From positions 246,018,001-246,082,000 of the forward strand of contig NC_086097.1 in NCBI RefSeq assembly GCF_963921235.1: a DNA stretch of 64,000 nucleotides, written 5' to 3'. The DNA comes from Mobula hypostoma. Lineage: Eukaryota. Shown one piece after another: positions 1 through 12,800 of this stretch. A program made the translations under genes and the position numbers. The number at the start of each line of letters is the position of its first letter. Position 1 is the stretch's first letter. The notes under the pieces are model-generated. The model had not been told where the DNA came from and searched no databases. It saw only the letters and a program-made list of their open reading frames with translations.

Positions 1-24
1 TGTTCTAGCACAACACACTGGGTA

Positions 25-232
25 ATACTTTACACTGTATTGTTGCCAAACAATTGGTACTAGAACGTACAATCATCACAGCGATATTTGATTCTGCACT
101 TCACACTCCCTGGATTACAAATATTAAAAATTAAAAATAGTTAAAATCAGTAAATATTAAAAAATTTAAATTATAAATCATAAATAGAAAATAGAAAAAT
201 GGGAAGTAAGATAGTGCAAAAAAAAAACCGAT
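25..232 (-). mobile_element. 3' UTR fragment of a Rex1/Babar-type LINE
   Basis: Reverse complement closely matches the 3' UTR at ~60005-60195, which follows a Rex-type ORF end. Confidence 0.7.
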
Positions 233-272
233 CTGATCTGTATGAACAAAGACAAGATTTTCACCGTGCATG

Positions 273-400
273 GAACACAGAACATAGAAATCTACAGCAC
301 ATTACAAGTCCTTTGGCCCACAACATGTGCCGACGTGTAACCTACTCCAGAATTTCCCTACTGAATAGCCCTCTATTTTTCTAAGGTCCATGTACCTATC
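273..400 (-). mobile_element. CR1 LINE 3' end
   Basis: (CATAGAA)-type tail; same sequence as the CR1 3' ends at ~30598 and ~33621. Confidence 0.75.
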
Positions 401-613
401 TTAGAAGATAACAATAAACCAATTCCGGTACCTGAAGTTACAATAGAATCTAGATCAACTGATAAAGTGGGTAAGGGAAAGGAAGTGGAACTTGACTCAA
501 ACAAGCAAGAATTTATGAAATGGAAAGTTAAGCCAGGGCAGGACATACACAGTAAATGAGAGAGCCCTGAGGAAAGTTGCAGAACAGACACTTAGTGGTA
601 TAAATCTCGTGGT

Positions 614-1164
614 ACAAAGCCGTCTCTATTTCCTGAGGAGACTGAGGTCCTTTAACATCTGCCGAACAATGCTGAGGATGTTCTATGAGTCTGTGGTGGC
701 CAGTGCTATCATGTTTGCTGTTGTGTGCTGGGGCAGCAGGCTGAGGGTAGCAGACACCAACAGAATCAACAAACTCATTCGTAAAGCCAGTGATGTTGTG
801 GGGATGGAACTGGACTCTCTGATGGTGGTGTCTGAAAAGAGGATGCTGTCCAAGTTGCATTCCATCTTGGACAATGTCTCCCATCCACTACATAATGTAC
901 TGGTTGGGCACAGGAGACATTCAGCCAGAGACTCATTCCACTGAGATGCAACACAGTGTCATAGGAAGTCATTCCTGCCTGTGGCCATCAAACTTTACAA
1001 CTCCTCCCTAGGAGGGTCAGACACCCAGAGCTGGTCCTGGACTTATTTCCTGGCATAATTTATATATTACTATTTAACTATTTATGGTTTTATTACTATT
1101 TAATTATTTATGGTGCAACTGTAACGAAAACCAATTTCTCCTGGGATCAATAAAGTATGACTAT
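614..1164 (+). mobile_element. Rex1/Babar LINE, 5'-truncated (RT C-terminal region plus 3' UTR)
   Basis: ORF 609-944 QSRLYFLRRLRSFNIC...FYESVVASAIMFAVVCWG...HPLH; ends AATAAAGTATGACTAT; near-identical to 52584-53462. Confidence 0.85.
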
Positions 1165-1264
1165 TACCATTTTGTGGGCCTTGCTCTTGAGGTACTACTT
1201 TAGATAAAATAATAACTGAATGCAGGAAAGTGCAAAGCAGGTAGTCATGATGGTACACAAGGGG

Positions 1265-1605
1265 TTCTGCAGATGCTGTATGTCTTCAGCAACACACAGA
1301 GGAAATGTTGGAGGAACTCAACAGGCCAGGCAGCATCTATCAAAGGGAATAAACAATCGATGTTTTGGGTTGAGACTCTTCATCCAGACTGGAACAGAAA
1401 GGGGGACAGGAACCAGAATAGGAAGGTGAGGGAGGGGAAGGAGTACCGGCTGGCAGGTGATAGGTGTGACCAGGTGAGGGGGGGGGGAAGGTGGGTGGAT
1501 AGGGGAGGGGTGATGAAGTAAGAAGCTTGGAGGTGATAGGTAGAAGAGGTGAAGGACTGAGGAAGAAGGAATCTGATAGGAAAAGAGTGGACGAAAGGGA
1601 AGTAA
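1265..1605 (-). mobile_element. Penelope-like element 3' region with a degenerate hammerhead motif
   Basis: Same terminal repeat and purine-rich tract as 8945-9600; decayed hammerhead at ~1351-1392. Confidence 0.8.
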
Positions 1606-1689
1606 GATTAGACAATAAGGCACCAGTGCCATGACGAGGTAGAGTTGTGAGGTTAAGAGTTCATCTTTAATATACAAGAGATCTGTACA

Positions 1690-1990
1690 AAAGTCCTATG
1701 TCAGCAGGATAGAAAGCTGTCCTTGAACCTGGTGGTGCAAGTATTCCAAGTTTTGTATTCTTCTGCATGACAAAAGAAAGGGAGATTAGTGAACGTCCAA
1801 GGTTGGTGTGGTCTTTGATTACACTGGCTGCTTTAGTGAGGCAGCGAGACGTGCAGGCAGAGTGCACAGAGAGGAGGCTGGTATTCATGACAGACTGGGC
1901 TCTGTGATTTCTTGTGCTCTTGGGCAGAGCGGTTCCCGGGAGTATGCATACACAGGATGATTTCAATGTTACATCAGTAAAAACTGGTCA
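1690..1990 (-). mobile_element. Old Rex1/Babar LINE fragment
   Basis: ORF 1667-1966 contains SRCLTKAASVIKDHTNLG, the Rex C-terminal motif seen in other copies. Confidence 0.65.
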
Positions 1991-2634
1991 GGGTGAACAG
2001 CAACATAGAGAATAACCTTATCCTTGAGCTGAGGATTGTCACCAAGAATACAGATACTGGCCTCAAATGAAGGTCTAGATTAGCTTTGATAAACAAAAAC
2101 CTTATTTCAAAACCTTGGTTCAAATCTTAAGCATTTGGGTATTTATTCATGTCACCAGTGGCAATGGTTAACTTCTCAGCTGCTATCTCTGTTCCCCCAA
2201 GTTAACGGCAAAAGAAAATGTTCCTCAGCTTTATAGTCATAGAGAGAGACAGCATGACCCTCGATCCACCTAGTCTGTGCTGACTATCAACCATCTTTTT
2301 CCATTTTTTATCCTATTCTCCCACGTTCTCATCTACTGTACTGCAGCCTGGATTCTATCACTCAGTAGGGTCAATTTCCAGTGGCCCATTGGACCTACCA
2401 ACCCACACGTCCATGGGATGTTGGAGGGAAACCACACAGTCGTAGCGAGAGAGGCCACGCCCAAAGTCAGGGTCTCTGGCGCTGTGCAGAACCTCTGTGT
2501 TTACCACGGAACACTCGGCTCCATCAGTCATTGAGTGTGAGGGTTGGGACATCATTTTATATCTGCACAAGATGTTGGTGCGGCCACCTGCAGCTGGAAT
2601 GCTGGGTTTTGACACTGGTTTGTTATTGTCACTT

Positions 2635-2800
2635 CTCCGAGGATTGTGTGAGTTCCTGACATCCCAAGGGCAATGCCGTCTGGAGTTTAGCCACCTGACA
2701 CCAAACTCCTGGCAGGGTCACCCATGGCGGCAAGGTCAAGGGGAAGGTTCCAGACAGAGCGATCAAACCAAGACCTTAATGGTGGAGCTCTAGCAGCTGT
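2635..2800 (+). mobile_element. RTE-clade 5' UTR-derived repeat
   Basis: GGCAGGGTCACCCATGGCGGCAAGGTCAAGGGGAAGGTTCCAGAC, also at ~57085 and partly at ~45117; resembles BovB/Expander 5' UTRs. Confidence 0.6.
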
Positions 2801-3284
2801 TCTCTGTACTGCTCTGGTCTCCTCTCTCTGTTTTCCACTTCTCAAGTTTAATTATCAACCAACCAGTTATGAATAGCCATGAATACAGCCAAGCGAAACA
2901 GTGTTACTCCAGGGCCAAGGTGCAAAACAGAGTACCAACAGTCATACACAGCACAAAGCACATGTAATACATATAGAATAGCAGCAACATTAAAATACAG
3001 TCAGTTTTGTGTTGCTATCTAAAGAACTATAACTGTTGACATTTGAGGTCCTAGCTCATCTGCCTTCCCCATCATAAGCTCAGTTACAGAACCTGCCAGA
3101 TCTGCCGTTGACCTTCGCTCGTATCCTGAGCAGGAACTCTTGCAGGTGCTACCGTTCCAGGTCAGAGCGGCCCTGAAGCAACGAATGACTAAGGGGTAAC
3201 TCCACTTTCCCCAAAGCTCTGAAAGTCCCCAATCAGAGCCTCATCACCGGTTGCAGTTTAGAGTCATACCCAGAACTGAAGTTC

Positions 3285-5766
3285 GTAATGCAATAAATAA
3301 GGTGAAGAAAGGAATAAGGCAGCAGGTCCTGATGAAATAGTAATAGAACAAATTATCCCCCTTGGAGATTACAGAATTGAAAAACTTACTGATTTAATCA
3401 ATGACATTTATGAGACTGGAATAATAACAGAAGAGATGAAAGACAAATCACTATTTATCACTCCTCCTAAGAAACCTGGAGCAACAGAATGTGAATCACA
3501 TAGGACCACAAGTTTAATGAGTCACATCACTAAGATAATTCTAAGAATTTTGTTGAAAAGAGCTAAATGTAAGATACAAGCTGAAGTAAAGAACAATGTG
3601 GTTTTGTGAAAGACAAAGATTAGATTAGATTAGATTCAACTTTACTGTCATTGTGCCAAGCACAGATACAAAGCTAATGAAATGCAGTTAGCATCTGACC
3701 AGAAATGCAAAGAATAGTGTCATTTACAAAATAACTGCAAATAAAATGTAAGTGCTACAGCACACAAATATAAAAGTACTGAGACAGTACAATATGGGTG
3801 TAATACTGCTTAGCACTGTGATGTGAGGTTCAGCAGGGTCACAGCCTCAGGGAATAAGCTCTTCCTGATCCTGCTGTTGCGGGAACAGAGGCTCCTGTAG
3901 CGCCTACTGGATGGGAGGAGAGTAAAAAGTCCAAGGTTAGGGTGAGATGCATCCTTGATAATGCTTTTCACCCTGCCCAGGCAGCATTTATTGTAGATGT
4001 TCTCAATGGTGGGCAATTGGGTGCCGATAATCTGCTGGGCAGTTTTCACCACACACTGGAGTGCTTTGCGGTCCGATATGGGACAATTGCCATACCACAC
4101 TGAGATGCAGTTGGTGAGTATGCTCTCAATGGTACAGCGGTAAAAGTCCATCCATACCCTGGGACAGAGGTGAGCTTTCTTGATGCTCTGCAGGAAATAA
4201 AGGCACTGTTGCACCTTTTTAAAAAAACGGGATGGAGGAGTTCAGGGACCAGGTGAGATCCTTGGAAATGTGGACACCAAGGAATTTGAAGCTTGATACA
4301 CATTCCACTACAGTTCTGTTGACATAGATGGGGACATGAGTGTGGCTCCTAGCATGCCTGAAGTCCACAATGATCACCTTGGTCTTGTGGGCGTTAAGGA
4401 CCAGGTTGTTGTCAGCACACCACGCGGCCAGGTGCTGGACCTCAATCTGCGAACTTGATTATGGAGTTAGAACCATGTACAGGAACACAGTCATAGGTGA
4501 AAAGGGAGTACAGAAGAGGGCTCAGCACACAGCCTTGAGGCACGCTGGTGTTCAGGGTGAGAGTGGAAGAGGAGAGGTTGTCTAACTTAACTGACTGGGG
4601 TCTGTTACTCAGAAAGGTACAAGAAACGCAATATTGATGTTAAAGTTACTATCAGAACGAGCTATTCAAGTGCAAAAAGATTTGTTTGTTTATTTTATCG
4701 ACTACACAAAGCATTTGATAAAGTGAAGCACAATGTTATTTGAAATATTATAGGTAACTCTAGATCTAGATTCGAAAGATCTCCACCTAATCAGAAATCT
4801 GTACTGGGAACAAACTGCTGCTGTAAGAATAGATGGAGAAGTGAGTCAGTTTACGAAAATCAAGAGAGGTGTTAGACAAGGGTGTGTTTTCTCCCGTGAT
4901 TTATTTAATGTGTACAGTGAAACAATGTAACAATAAGAGACATCTTGGAATCAAATTTGGCAGTGAAAACATCAATAATTTCAGATATGCAGATTGGGAT
5001 GACACTGTGTTAATTGCAAGTGCGGAGGAAGAACTACAAAACTTAATATATTTGTTGAAGAAAGTGCAAAAATGGGTCTATCTATCAATTGCAAAAAGAC
5101 AGAATGTATGGTGATATCCAAAAAGAAGGAGAATCCTATCTGCAGGCTGAGAATAAACGGCGAAGACATAAAACAAGTACAGAACTTTTGCTACTTAGGA
5201 AGATGGGTGACATCAGATGGCAGGTGCGACATGGACATCAAAAGAAGAATAGGGATGGCAAAAGACACCTTTGAGAATGAAGAGTATACTGACCAATACT
5301 AAACTAGGCATGACAACCCACCTCAGAGTACTGAAATGTTACATTTATCCAGTTATGTTATATGGCTCAGAATGTTGGACAATATCTAGTAACATGAGGA
5401 AACGAATTGAAGCAGCAGAGATGTTGTTTCTGAGGAAGATGCAAAGAATATCATGGATAAAACAAATATCTAATGAGGATGTCCTGAACAGAGCAAACAC
5501 AAAATGAGAAATAATGTATGAGATCATGAAAAGGCAACGCAACTTCATTGGACATGTGATTAGGAAAGAGGAGTTAGAATGCATGGTGATTATGGGAAAG
5601 ATTGAAGGGAAGAAAGCAAGAGGAAGACAGGCAAATGACGATGGAGACAGCAGCCAGAGAACTGGAAATGAATACCAATGAATTGATCCACTTGACCTGA
5701 AACAGGAGTATGTGGGCCATGGCAGTCAAAGCTCAAACTCGGCACGGCACCTGATGATGATGATGA
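3285..5766 (+). mobile_element. RTE-clade LINE (degenerate RT), split by a Rex insertion at 3618-4612
   Basis: Translations GVRQGC, INNFRYAD(W)DDT, MGLSINCKKTECM, FCYLG, MLYGSECWT; (GAT)n tail at ~5752-5766; sequence is continuous across the insertion (AGACAAAG / AAAGGTACAAG). Confidence 0.85.
3618..4612 (-). mobile_element. Rex1/Babar LINE inserted into the RTE
   Basis: ORF 3810-4214 QQCLYFLQSIKKA...FYRCTIESILTNCISVWYG...LLPSSRRYRS; (TCTAA)n tail at 3618-3636. Confidence 0.85.
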
Positions 5767-5944
5767 AATAGAGAACTGAAAGGACAACAATTCAATAAGT
5801 GTCCTGAATCATCATCTGTCTATCGTTAGCAGATTTTAATGCAATCCTTCAGTAATGGTACTCAGTTGGAAGCTAGATGTGCACAGAAGGCTAAAGGAAC
5901 TTGGTGTATCCCATCGAACATAGAACAGTACAGCACAGCACAAT

Positions 5945-6595
5945 TGACTCTCACCAATTGCCATCGATGTACTATAAAAGCATCCTATTCTGATGCATCA
6001 CGGCCAGGTACAGCAACCGTCCTGCTCGTGACCACAAGAAACTCCAGATGGGCTGTGGACATGGCAAAGCAGCCAGCATAATCAAAGATCCTACTCACCC
6101 CAACATTCTCTCTCCACTCCCCTCTGCCATTGGGCAGAAGATCCAAAATCCAGGCTCAAAGAAAGCTTCTAAGACTTTTGAAAGCTTCCCCAGCATGATG
6201 AGATGGACTCTTGACTGCAGAATCTACCTGTTTCTGATCTGGCACCTAATTGTCCAACTGCATTGCACTTTCTTCTGCACTCTGTTTTCAGTTTACCTGG
6301 TTGTTGTTGTTCCTTCCAGTACATTGTGGCGCATCGGGCAGCAACCTTGCCATCTCTTTTGCATTTTTATCTGTTTTTTTTTTTTACGTGGCCAGGTTGC
6401 AAGCACAACACTCAACCCAGCACAGATGGATTCGAACTCGGTATCATTTGCCTCGAAGTCGGTGCAGAGGCCACTACAGCACCGGCCAGCTTTTCATTTC
6501 ACCTTGCTGTAGCTCAGCTCACTGTGTAATGATCTGATCTGTATGGACAGTTGGCAAGAAAAGCTTTTCAGCATACCTCAGTACTTGTGACAATA
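5945..6595 (+). mobile_element. Old Rex1/Babar 3' fragment, interrupted by a SINE
   Basis: KAASIIKDPTHP motif in ORF 6048-6512; Rex-type 3' UTR. Confidence 0.65.
6325..6490 (-). mobile_element. tRNA-headed SINE with RTE-like 3' end
   Basis: Minus strand shows A-box-like TGTAGTGG and B-box GAGTTCGAATCC; second copy at 56375-56590. Confidence 0.65.
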
Positions 6596-8389
6596 TTCCA
6601 AGATAGCCCTCAATCAACAGCATCTGGCCAGAAGCTGTTGGGAGGATTTTGCTTCATAGCAACTGGCTCTTCCATGCCACACTCTACAAGTGACCATTTT
6701 ATTAGCCATTAAAGACTGATGCATAATAAGGTTATGAACGTTGCTCTTTTAATCATAAGTGTTTAAGAGACTTTTAAATGGACACATGGATAATTGAACA
6801 ATGGAGGGAAGGGTTAGATTGATCTTCAAGTAGTTTAGGATTGAGAGAGTGCCACAGTCATGTGGCGGGCAGTGTGATGTTATTACACTATGGTCAAGTA
6901 GCGCTTAGCACTAAGCTGTTACACCTCAGGGTGTCAGCAGTTCAGAGTTCAATCCTGGTGTCCTCTGTAAAGAGTTTTTACGTCTCCCCCGTATCGCCAA
7001 ATAAATTAATTAATTAAGGTCAGCACAACATCATGTGCTGAAAGGCCTTTTCTATTATGTTTTCTGTTCCATACTTAATCCACAAAATGACAATCGCCAG
7101 TCTTACCAGTCTGTATCTGCCTTGTTACAGGGGTTGGACGTAACAAGGCTTGAGAAATGGGGTATTGTATTATTAATAAATATGGGATGCCCACTGATAT
7201 ACAATAGAGCTGTGTAAGTGCCATTATTTTTTCTTTCTTTTGTCACATAACATCTAACTGCTCCCACTTCTCCCGTGTCTCAGGATCATATTCTTCAACA
7301 AAATGGCGGGAGGAAGCTCGTGCAGCACTCATTGCTGGTTTGAGGTAGCACTTGAGAAATTATCACACTTGTTCACAGGGAGAGTGTCATCAGGACGTTC
7401 CATTTTAATTACAATGTGTTTTTTTTTAGTGAATGCAGTACAGGTTATATCTGAAGCCCATCCTGTCCAGTTCCTGACAAAGCTCAAAGTTACCACAAAG
7501 CCTTTGCTTTCTGTGAACTAGGCTGTAGGTTCTACATAGAACATTTCAGCACAGTGCAGGCCCTTCAGCCCACAATATTGTGCAGACCTCTTAAACTACT
7601 CTTAAGATCAATCAAACCCTCCCCCCACCCCGAAATAGCCCTCCCGTTTTCTATCATCCATGTGTTCAAGTACCATTCCATGCCCACGTCTGTCCAGCTG
7701 AAATTGAGTAATGTTAACCATAAAGTTCTGGATTCATCACGTTTTGGCAAGTCCATTGAGAGCTCTGTGTAGGAGTCCTGGATTGGCATTCATCTCGTAC
7801 ACAGCTCTTACTGGCTGGGATACAATTTGCTTGTTCACATAATGTGTTCTTCAGCAACAAGTAGCAACAATTGTTGCAAGTCAGTAGCACAGCTAAGTGT
7901 AACAATTATCAGATTAAGTGAAATAATATTAAATACAAATTATTTCTTTGATGCACGTAAATCCTACAACCTCCTACGCTTGTTTTAAGCTGCTGATTCA
8001 TGCAAGAATATAGGTTTACGAACTGCTTGGTTGATTGGGTATTGTCAGAAATGCTGGATGAAGATTGTAGAAATTAGAACGTGTAAAAATGGGCTCCACT
8101 AAATGTAGAACAAATTGCACCGTAATCCTCAAACTTAAATGGCACGATGTGCTGCATTATCACTTCGAAGCAACTCTTGCTTTACCGCAAGATACCACAG
8201 AGGCAGGCACCGTACTGAGAAACTGAATATTTGAAATAGGGGAGTGGAATTAAAATGAACTTTGTTCCACATAAACAGCAATCATCAATGCACTGAACAC
8301 AGTGAGAGGAACCAGAGAAACACAGGCAGGGTAAGTCCAGGGTGAGCTGAGATGGAGACATTGCTGTATCTGTCACCCTCCTCTGTGTG

Positions 8390-8825
8390 AGGTAACAGTG
8401 GAAGAACACAATCATACTGAGATTTCTCTGACTCCCAGTAATTTCTCCCCACTTCACCTTTCCCCATTTCTATTTCCCTCTCTTACCTTATTTCCTTACC
8501 TGCCCATCACCTCTTTGGTGCTCCTCCCCCTTCACTTCCTTCCATGGTCTTCTACCCTCTATCAGATTCCCTCTTCTCCAGCCCTTTATTCCTTTCACCA
8601 ATCAACTTCCCAACTCTCTACTGCATCCCGTCCCCCTCTCCCGGTTCCACCTATCACCTGCCACCTTGTACTTCTTCCTCCCTTCCCCCCACCTTCTTAT
8701 CCTGACTTCTCCTCTTCCTTTCCAGTCTTGATGAAGGGTCTCGGCCCGAAACATCGACTGTTTCCTCTTTTCCATTTTTGCTGCCTGGCCTGCTGATTTC
8801 CTCCAGCATTTTGTTGTGTTGCATG
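8390..8825 (+). mobile_element. Penelope-like element 3' region
   Basis: EEHNH...ISL remnant of the ORF end, pyrimidine tract, hammerhead at 8723-8760, then the terminal repeat. Confidence 0.8.
8723..8760 (+). ncRNA. Minimal type I hammerhead ribozyme motif (mutated)
   Basis: CAGTC TTGATGA AGGGTCTCGGCCC GAAA CATC GACTG: stem I CAGTC/GACTG and stem II GGGT/GCCC intact; C3>T and a CpG-type change in stem III. Confidence 0.7.
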
Positions 8826-8944
8826 AGATTTCTCTGTATTCTGCTCAGGTGTTTGTTTCTACCTTTCTTTAATCTTTTAAATTACTTATTAATATTTTAA
8901 TACATTCAAAAAAAATTATTTCTCTTTAAAAATATTATAAGCAC

Positions 8945-9600
8945 ATGTAACACACACACATACACACACAAAATGCTGGAGGAACTCAGCAGGTCAGGTA
9001 GGATCTATGGAGAGGAACAAAGGGTCAACGTTTAAGGCCGAGACCCTTCTTCAGGACTGGAAAGGAAGGAGGGAGATGCCAGAATAAAAAGGTAGGGGGA
9101 AAGGAAGGGGGGCAGGCTAGAAGGTGATAGGTGAAGCCAGGTGGGTAAAGGGCTGGAGAAGAAGGAATCTGATAGGAGAGGAGAGTGGACCACAGGAGAA
9201 AGGGAAGAAGCAGGGGACCCAGGGGGAGGTGATAGGCATGTGAGGAGAAGAGGTAAGAGGCCAGAATGGGGAGTAGAAGAGGAGGGAAGGGGGAGAGGTA
9301 AAGAAAGAAAATGCCAGAAGAAGCAATCTATATCCATGTCACTAGGGTGGAGGCTACCCAGATGGACTCTGAGATGTTGTTTCTCCATCCTGAGAGGGAC
9401 TTCAGCATAGCAGAAAAAGGGGCTATGTCAGAACAAGAATGGGGATAGGAATGAAAATGGCTGGTCTTCAGGAAATTACACTTTTGGCGGATGGAGCAGA
9501 GGTGCTCGACGAAGCTGTTTCCCCAATTTATGTCTGGTCTCACCAGTGTAGAAGAGGCTGCATCAGAATCACCAGATACAATGGATGACCCCACTGGATC
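8945..9600 (-). mobile_element. Penelope-like element with a GIY-YIG endonuclease remnant
   Basis: Minus strand translates GVIHCIW*F*CSLFYTGETRHKLGNSFVEHLCSIR...SHFHS...MEKQHLRVHLGSLHPSDMDID, the GIY-YIG C-terminus typical of PLEs; followed by pyrimidine tract, hammerhead (9024-9059) and terminal repeat. Confidence 0.85.
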
Positions 9601-9848
9601 CGAGAGGTAGATGAGGCCATGTGCACAGCCTTGAGTCCCTCCAAGGCCTGTCGGGGTGATGTGATCACGAGCTGGGTTTCTCAGAGCACAGCCTAGCACC
9701 TGGCCATCATGACCTCACCTCCCTAATCAGAACAATATGGTAGCTTTATTTGTCACATGTACAACGAAACATCAAAACTATTGTAATGCCTTGTGATGGA
9801 TAAAGTCTTGGCTCAAAACATCAAGTGCTTATACCCCTCCAAAGATGA

Positions 9849-12800
9849 CCATAAGACCATCAGATATAGGAGCAGAATTAGGCACTTTGGTTTATCAAGT
9901 CTGCTCCACCATTTCATCATGGCTGGTCAATTTTCCCTCTCAGTTCCAATCTCCTGCCTTCACCCCATATCCCTTCATGTCCTGACCAATCAGGGATCTA
10001 TTAATCTCTGCCTTAAATATACATAAAGACTTGGCCTGCACAGCCACATGTAGCAACAGATTCACCACTCTCTGGCTGAAAAAATATCTCCTCATCTCTT
10101 TTGGAAATCCCAATATGATCGAGTTCACTTTAAAATTTGAGAAGGAGAAACTAAATTCCAATGGGTCCGTATTTCAGAGGAATAAAGGAAATTACAATGG
10201 CATGAGAGGAGAACTGGCCAAGGTTGACTGGAAAGAGACACTAGCAGAAAGAACAGTAGAGCAGCAATGGCTGGAGTTCCGCCAAAAAATGAGGGAAGTG
10301 CAAGACAGATATATTCCAAATAAGAATAAATTTTTTGAGTAGAAGGACACTACCATGGCTGACAAGTGAAGTCAGAGTCAAAGTAAAAGTAAAAGCAAAA
10401 GAGAGGGCATACAAAGAAGCCAAAGCTAGCGGGAAGATAGAGGATTGGGAAGTTTTTAAAAACTTGCAGAAGGAAACTAAAAAGTTCCTTAGGAAGAAGA
10501 TGAATTATGAAAGGAGGCTGGCAACTAATATCAAAGAAGATACTAAAAGCTTTTTTTAAATATATAAATGGTAAAAAAAGAGTCAAGGCTAGATATAGGA
10601 CCAATAGAAAATGACGCTGGAGAAATTGTAATGAGAGATGCAGTGATGGCAGAGGAACTGAACGCGTATTTTGCATCAGTCTTCACAGTGGAAGACGTTT
10701 GCAGTATACCAGCATTCAAGGGTGTCAGGGAAGTAAGGTTTGTGCAGTGAAAATTACGACTGAGAAGATGCTCAGGAAGCTTAATGGTCTGAGGGTGAAT
10801 AAATCTCCTGGACCTGATGGAATGCACCCTGGGGTTCTGAAGGAAGTAGCTGGAGAGATTGTGGAGGCATTAACAATGATCTTTCAAGAATCAATAGATT
10901 CTGGCATTGTACCGGATGACTGGAAAATTGCAAATGTTACTCTGCTATTTAAGAAGGGTGGGAGGCCGCAGAAAGGAAACTATAGACCTGTTAGCCTGAC
11001 ATCAGTGGTTGGGAAGTTGTTGGAAATAACTATTATGGATGAGATTACCGAGTACCTGGAGGCACATGACAAGATAGGCCAAAGCCAGTGTGGTTTCCTG
11101 AAAGGAAAATCCTGCCTGACTAACCTACTGCAATTTTTTGAGGAAATTACAAGTAGGGTAGACAGAGGAGATGCAGTAGACATGGTGTACTTGGATTTTC
11201 AGAAGGCCTTTGTCAAAGTGCCACACATGAAACTGCTTCACAAGATAGGAGCCCATGGAATGACAGGGGAGTTACTAGCATGGGTGGAGCATTGGCTGAT
11301 CGGCAGAAAACAGAGTGGGAATAAAGGAAACCTTTTCTGGCTGGCTGCCAGTTACCAGTGGAGTTCCACAGGGGTCGGGGTTGGGACCAATGCTTTTTAC
11401 GATGTATTTCAATGATTTAGACCATGGAATTAATGGATTTGTGGCTAAGTTCGCCGATGATACGAAGATAGGTGGAGGAGCAGGTAGTGTTGAGGAAGCA
11501 GTGAGCCTGCAGAGAGACTTAGATAGTTTTGCGCTCCTTATTTTAGAAAGGATATACTGACATTGGAAAGGATTCAGAGAAAATTCATGAAAATGATTCC
11601 AGGAATGAAAGGATTACCGTATGAGGAACATCTGGCAGCTCTAGGGCTGTATTCCCTAGAGTTCAGAAGAATGAGTGGGATCTCATAGAAACATTCCAAA
11701 TGTTAAAAGGCCTGAACAGATTAGATATGGCAAAGTTATTTCCCATGGTAGGGGAGTATAGGACAAGAGGGCACGACTTCAGGGATTGAAGGATGTCCAT
11801 TTAGAACAGAGATGCAAAGAAATTACCTTAGTCAGAGGTGGTAAATCTGTGGAATTTGTTGCCATGAGTGGCTGTGGAGGCCAAGTCATTGGGTGCTTTT
11901 AAGGCAGAGATAGATGAGTTATTGATTAGCCAGGGCATCAAAAGGTATGAGGAGAAGACGGGGAGTGGAGATGACTGGAAGAATTGGATCAGCCCATGAT
12001 TGAATGGCGGAGCAGATATGATGGGCCGAATAGCCTACTTCTGCTCCTATATCTTATGGTCTTATGGAAAAGGACGCTCCTCTATTCCGAGGCTGTGTCC
12101 TCTGGGTCTTAGACTCCCCCACCATAGGAAACATCCATTTCTCATGCTCTCTATCAAGGTCTTTCAATATTCGATAGGTTTCAATGAGATCACCCCTCAT
12201 TCTTATGAATTCCAATGAGTACAGGCCCAGATTAATCAAACACTCCTTATATGATATGGTTTTCAATCTCAGAATCATTTTCATGAACCTCCTTTGAACC
12301 CTCTCCAATATCAACAAATCTCTTCTTAGATAAGTGGCCAGAATGGCTCACAATACTCCAAGTGAAGCCTCACCAGTGCTTTATAAAGCCTCAATATTAC
12401 ATCCTTGCTTTTATGTTCTACTCTTCAAAATGAATACTAACATTGCATTTGCCTTCTTCACCATCAACTTAACCTACAGATTAACCTTTATGGAATCCTG
12501 CACGAGGAATCCCAAGTCCCTTAGCGTCTCAGATTTTTAAATTTTCTCTCCATTTAGAAAATAGTTTACGTTTTTGTCTTCTCGCAAAGTGCATGACCAA
12601 GCACTTCCTGACACTATATTCCATCTGCCAGTTCTCTGTCCATTCTCCTAATCTGTCCAAGTCCTTCTGAAGTCTCTCTACTTTCTTGAAACTACCTGCC
12701 CCTCCACCTAACTTTGTATTTTCTGCAAACTTGGCCACAAAGCCATCAATTTTGTCATCCAAATCATTGACACATTATGTAAAAAGAAACGGTCCCAACA

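Noticed and set aside
6895..6990. A/B-box sequences as tRNA genes (also 15335, 37541)
   Set aside because: No cloverleaf; they continue into SINE bodies.
8398..9410. Pro/Ser/Leu-rich and Gly/Glu/Arg-rich ORFs (also 1318-1677, 21834-22253, 32119-32864, 60435-60830)
   Set aside because: Artefacts of the stop-poor pyrimidine/purine tract of the PLE 3' region.
10699..11560. Long RT-like ORFs (also 15901-17031, 48620-49306, 51608-52238, 52721-53320) as host or prokaryotic RT genes
   Set aside because: They carry CR1 or Rex motifs, frameshifts, 5' truncation and LINE simple-repeat tails; they are retrotransposon debris, not retrons, DGRs or domesticated genes.
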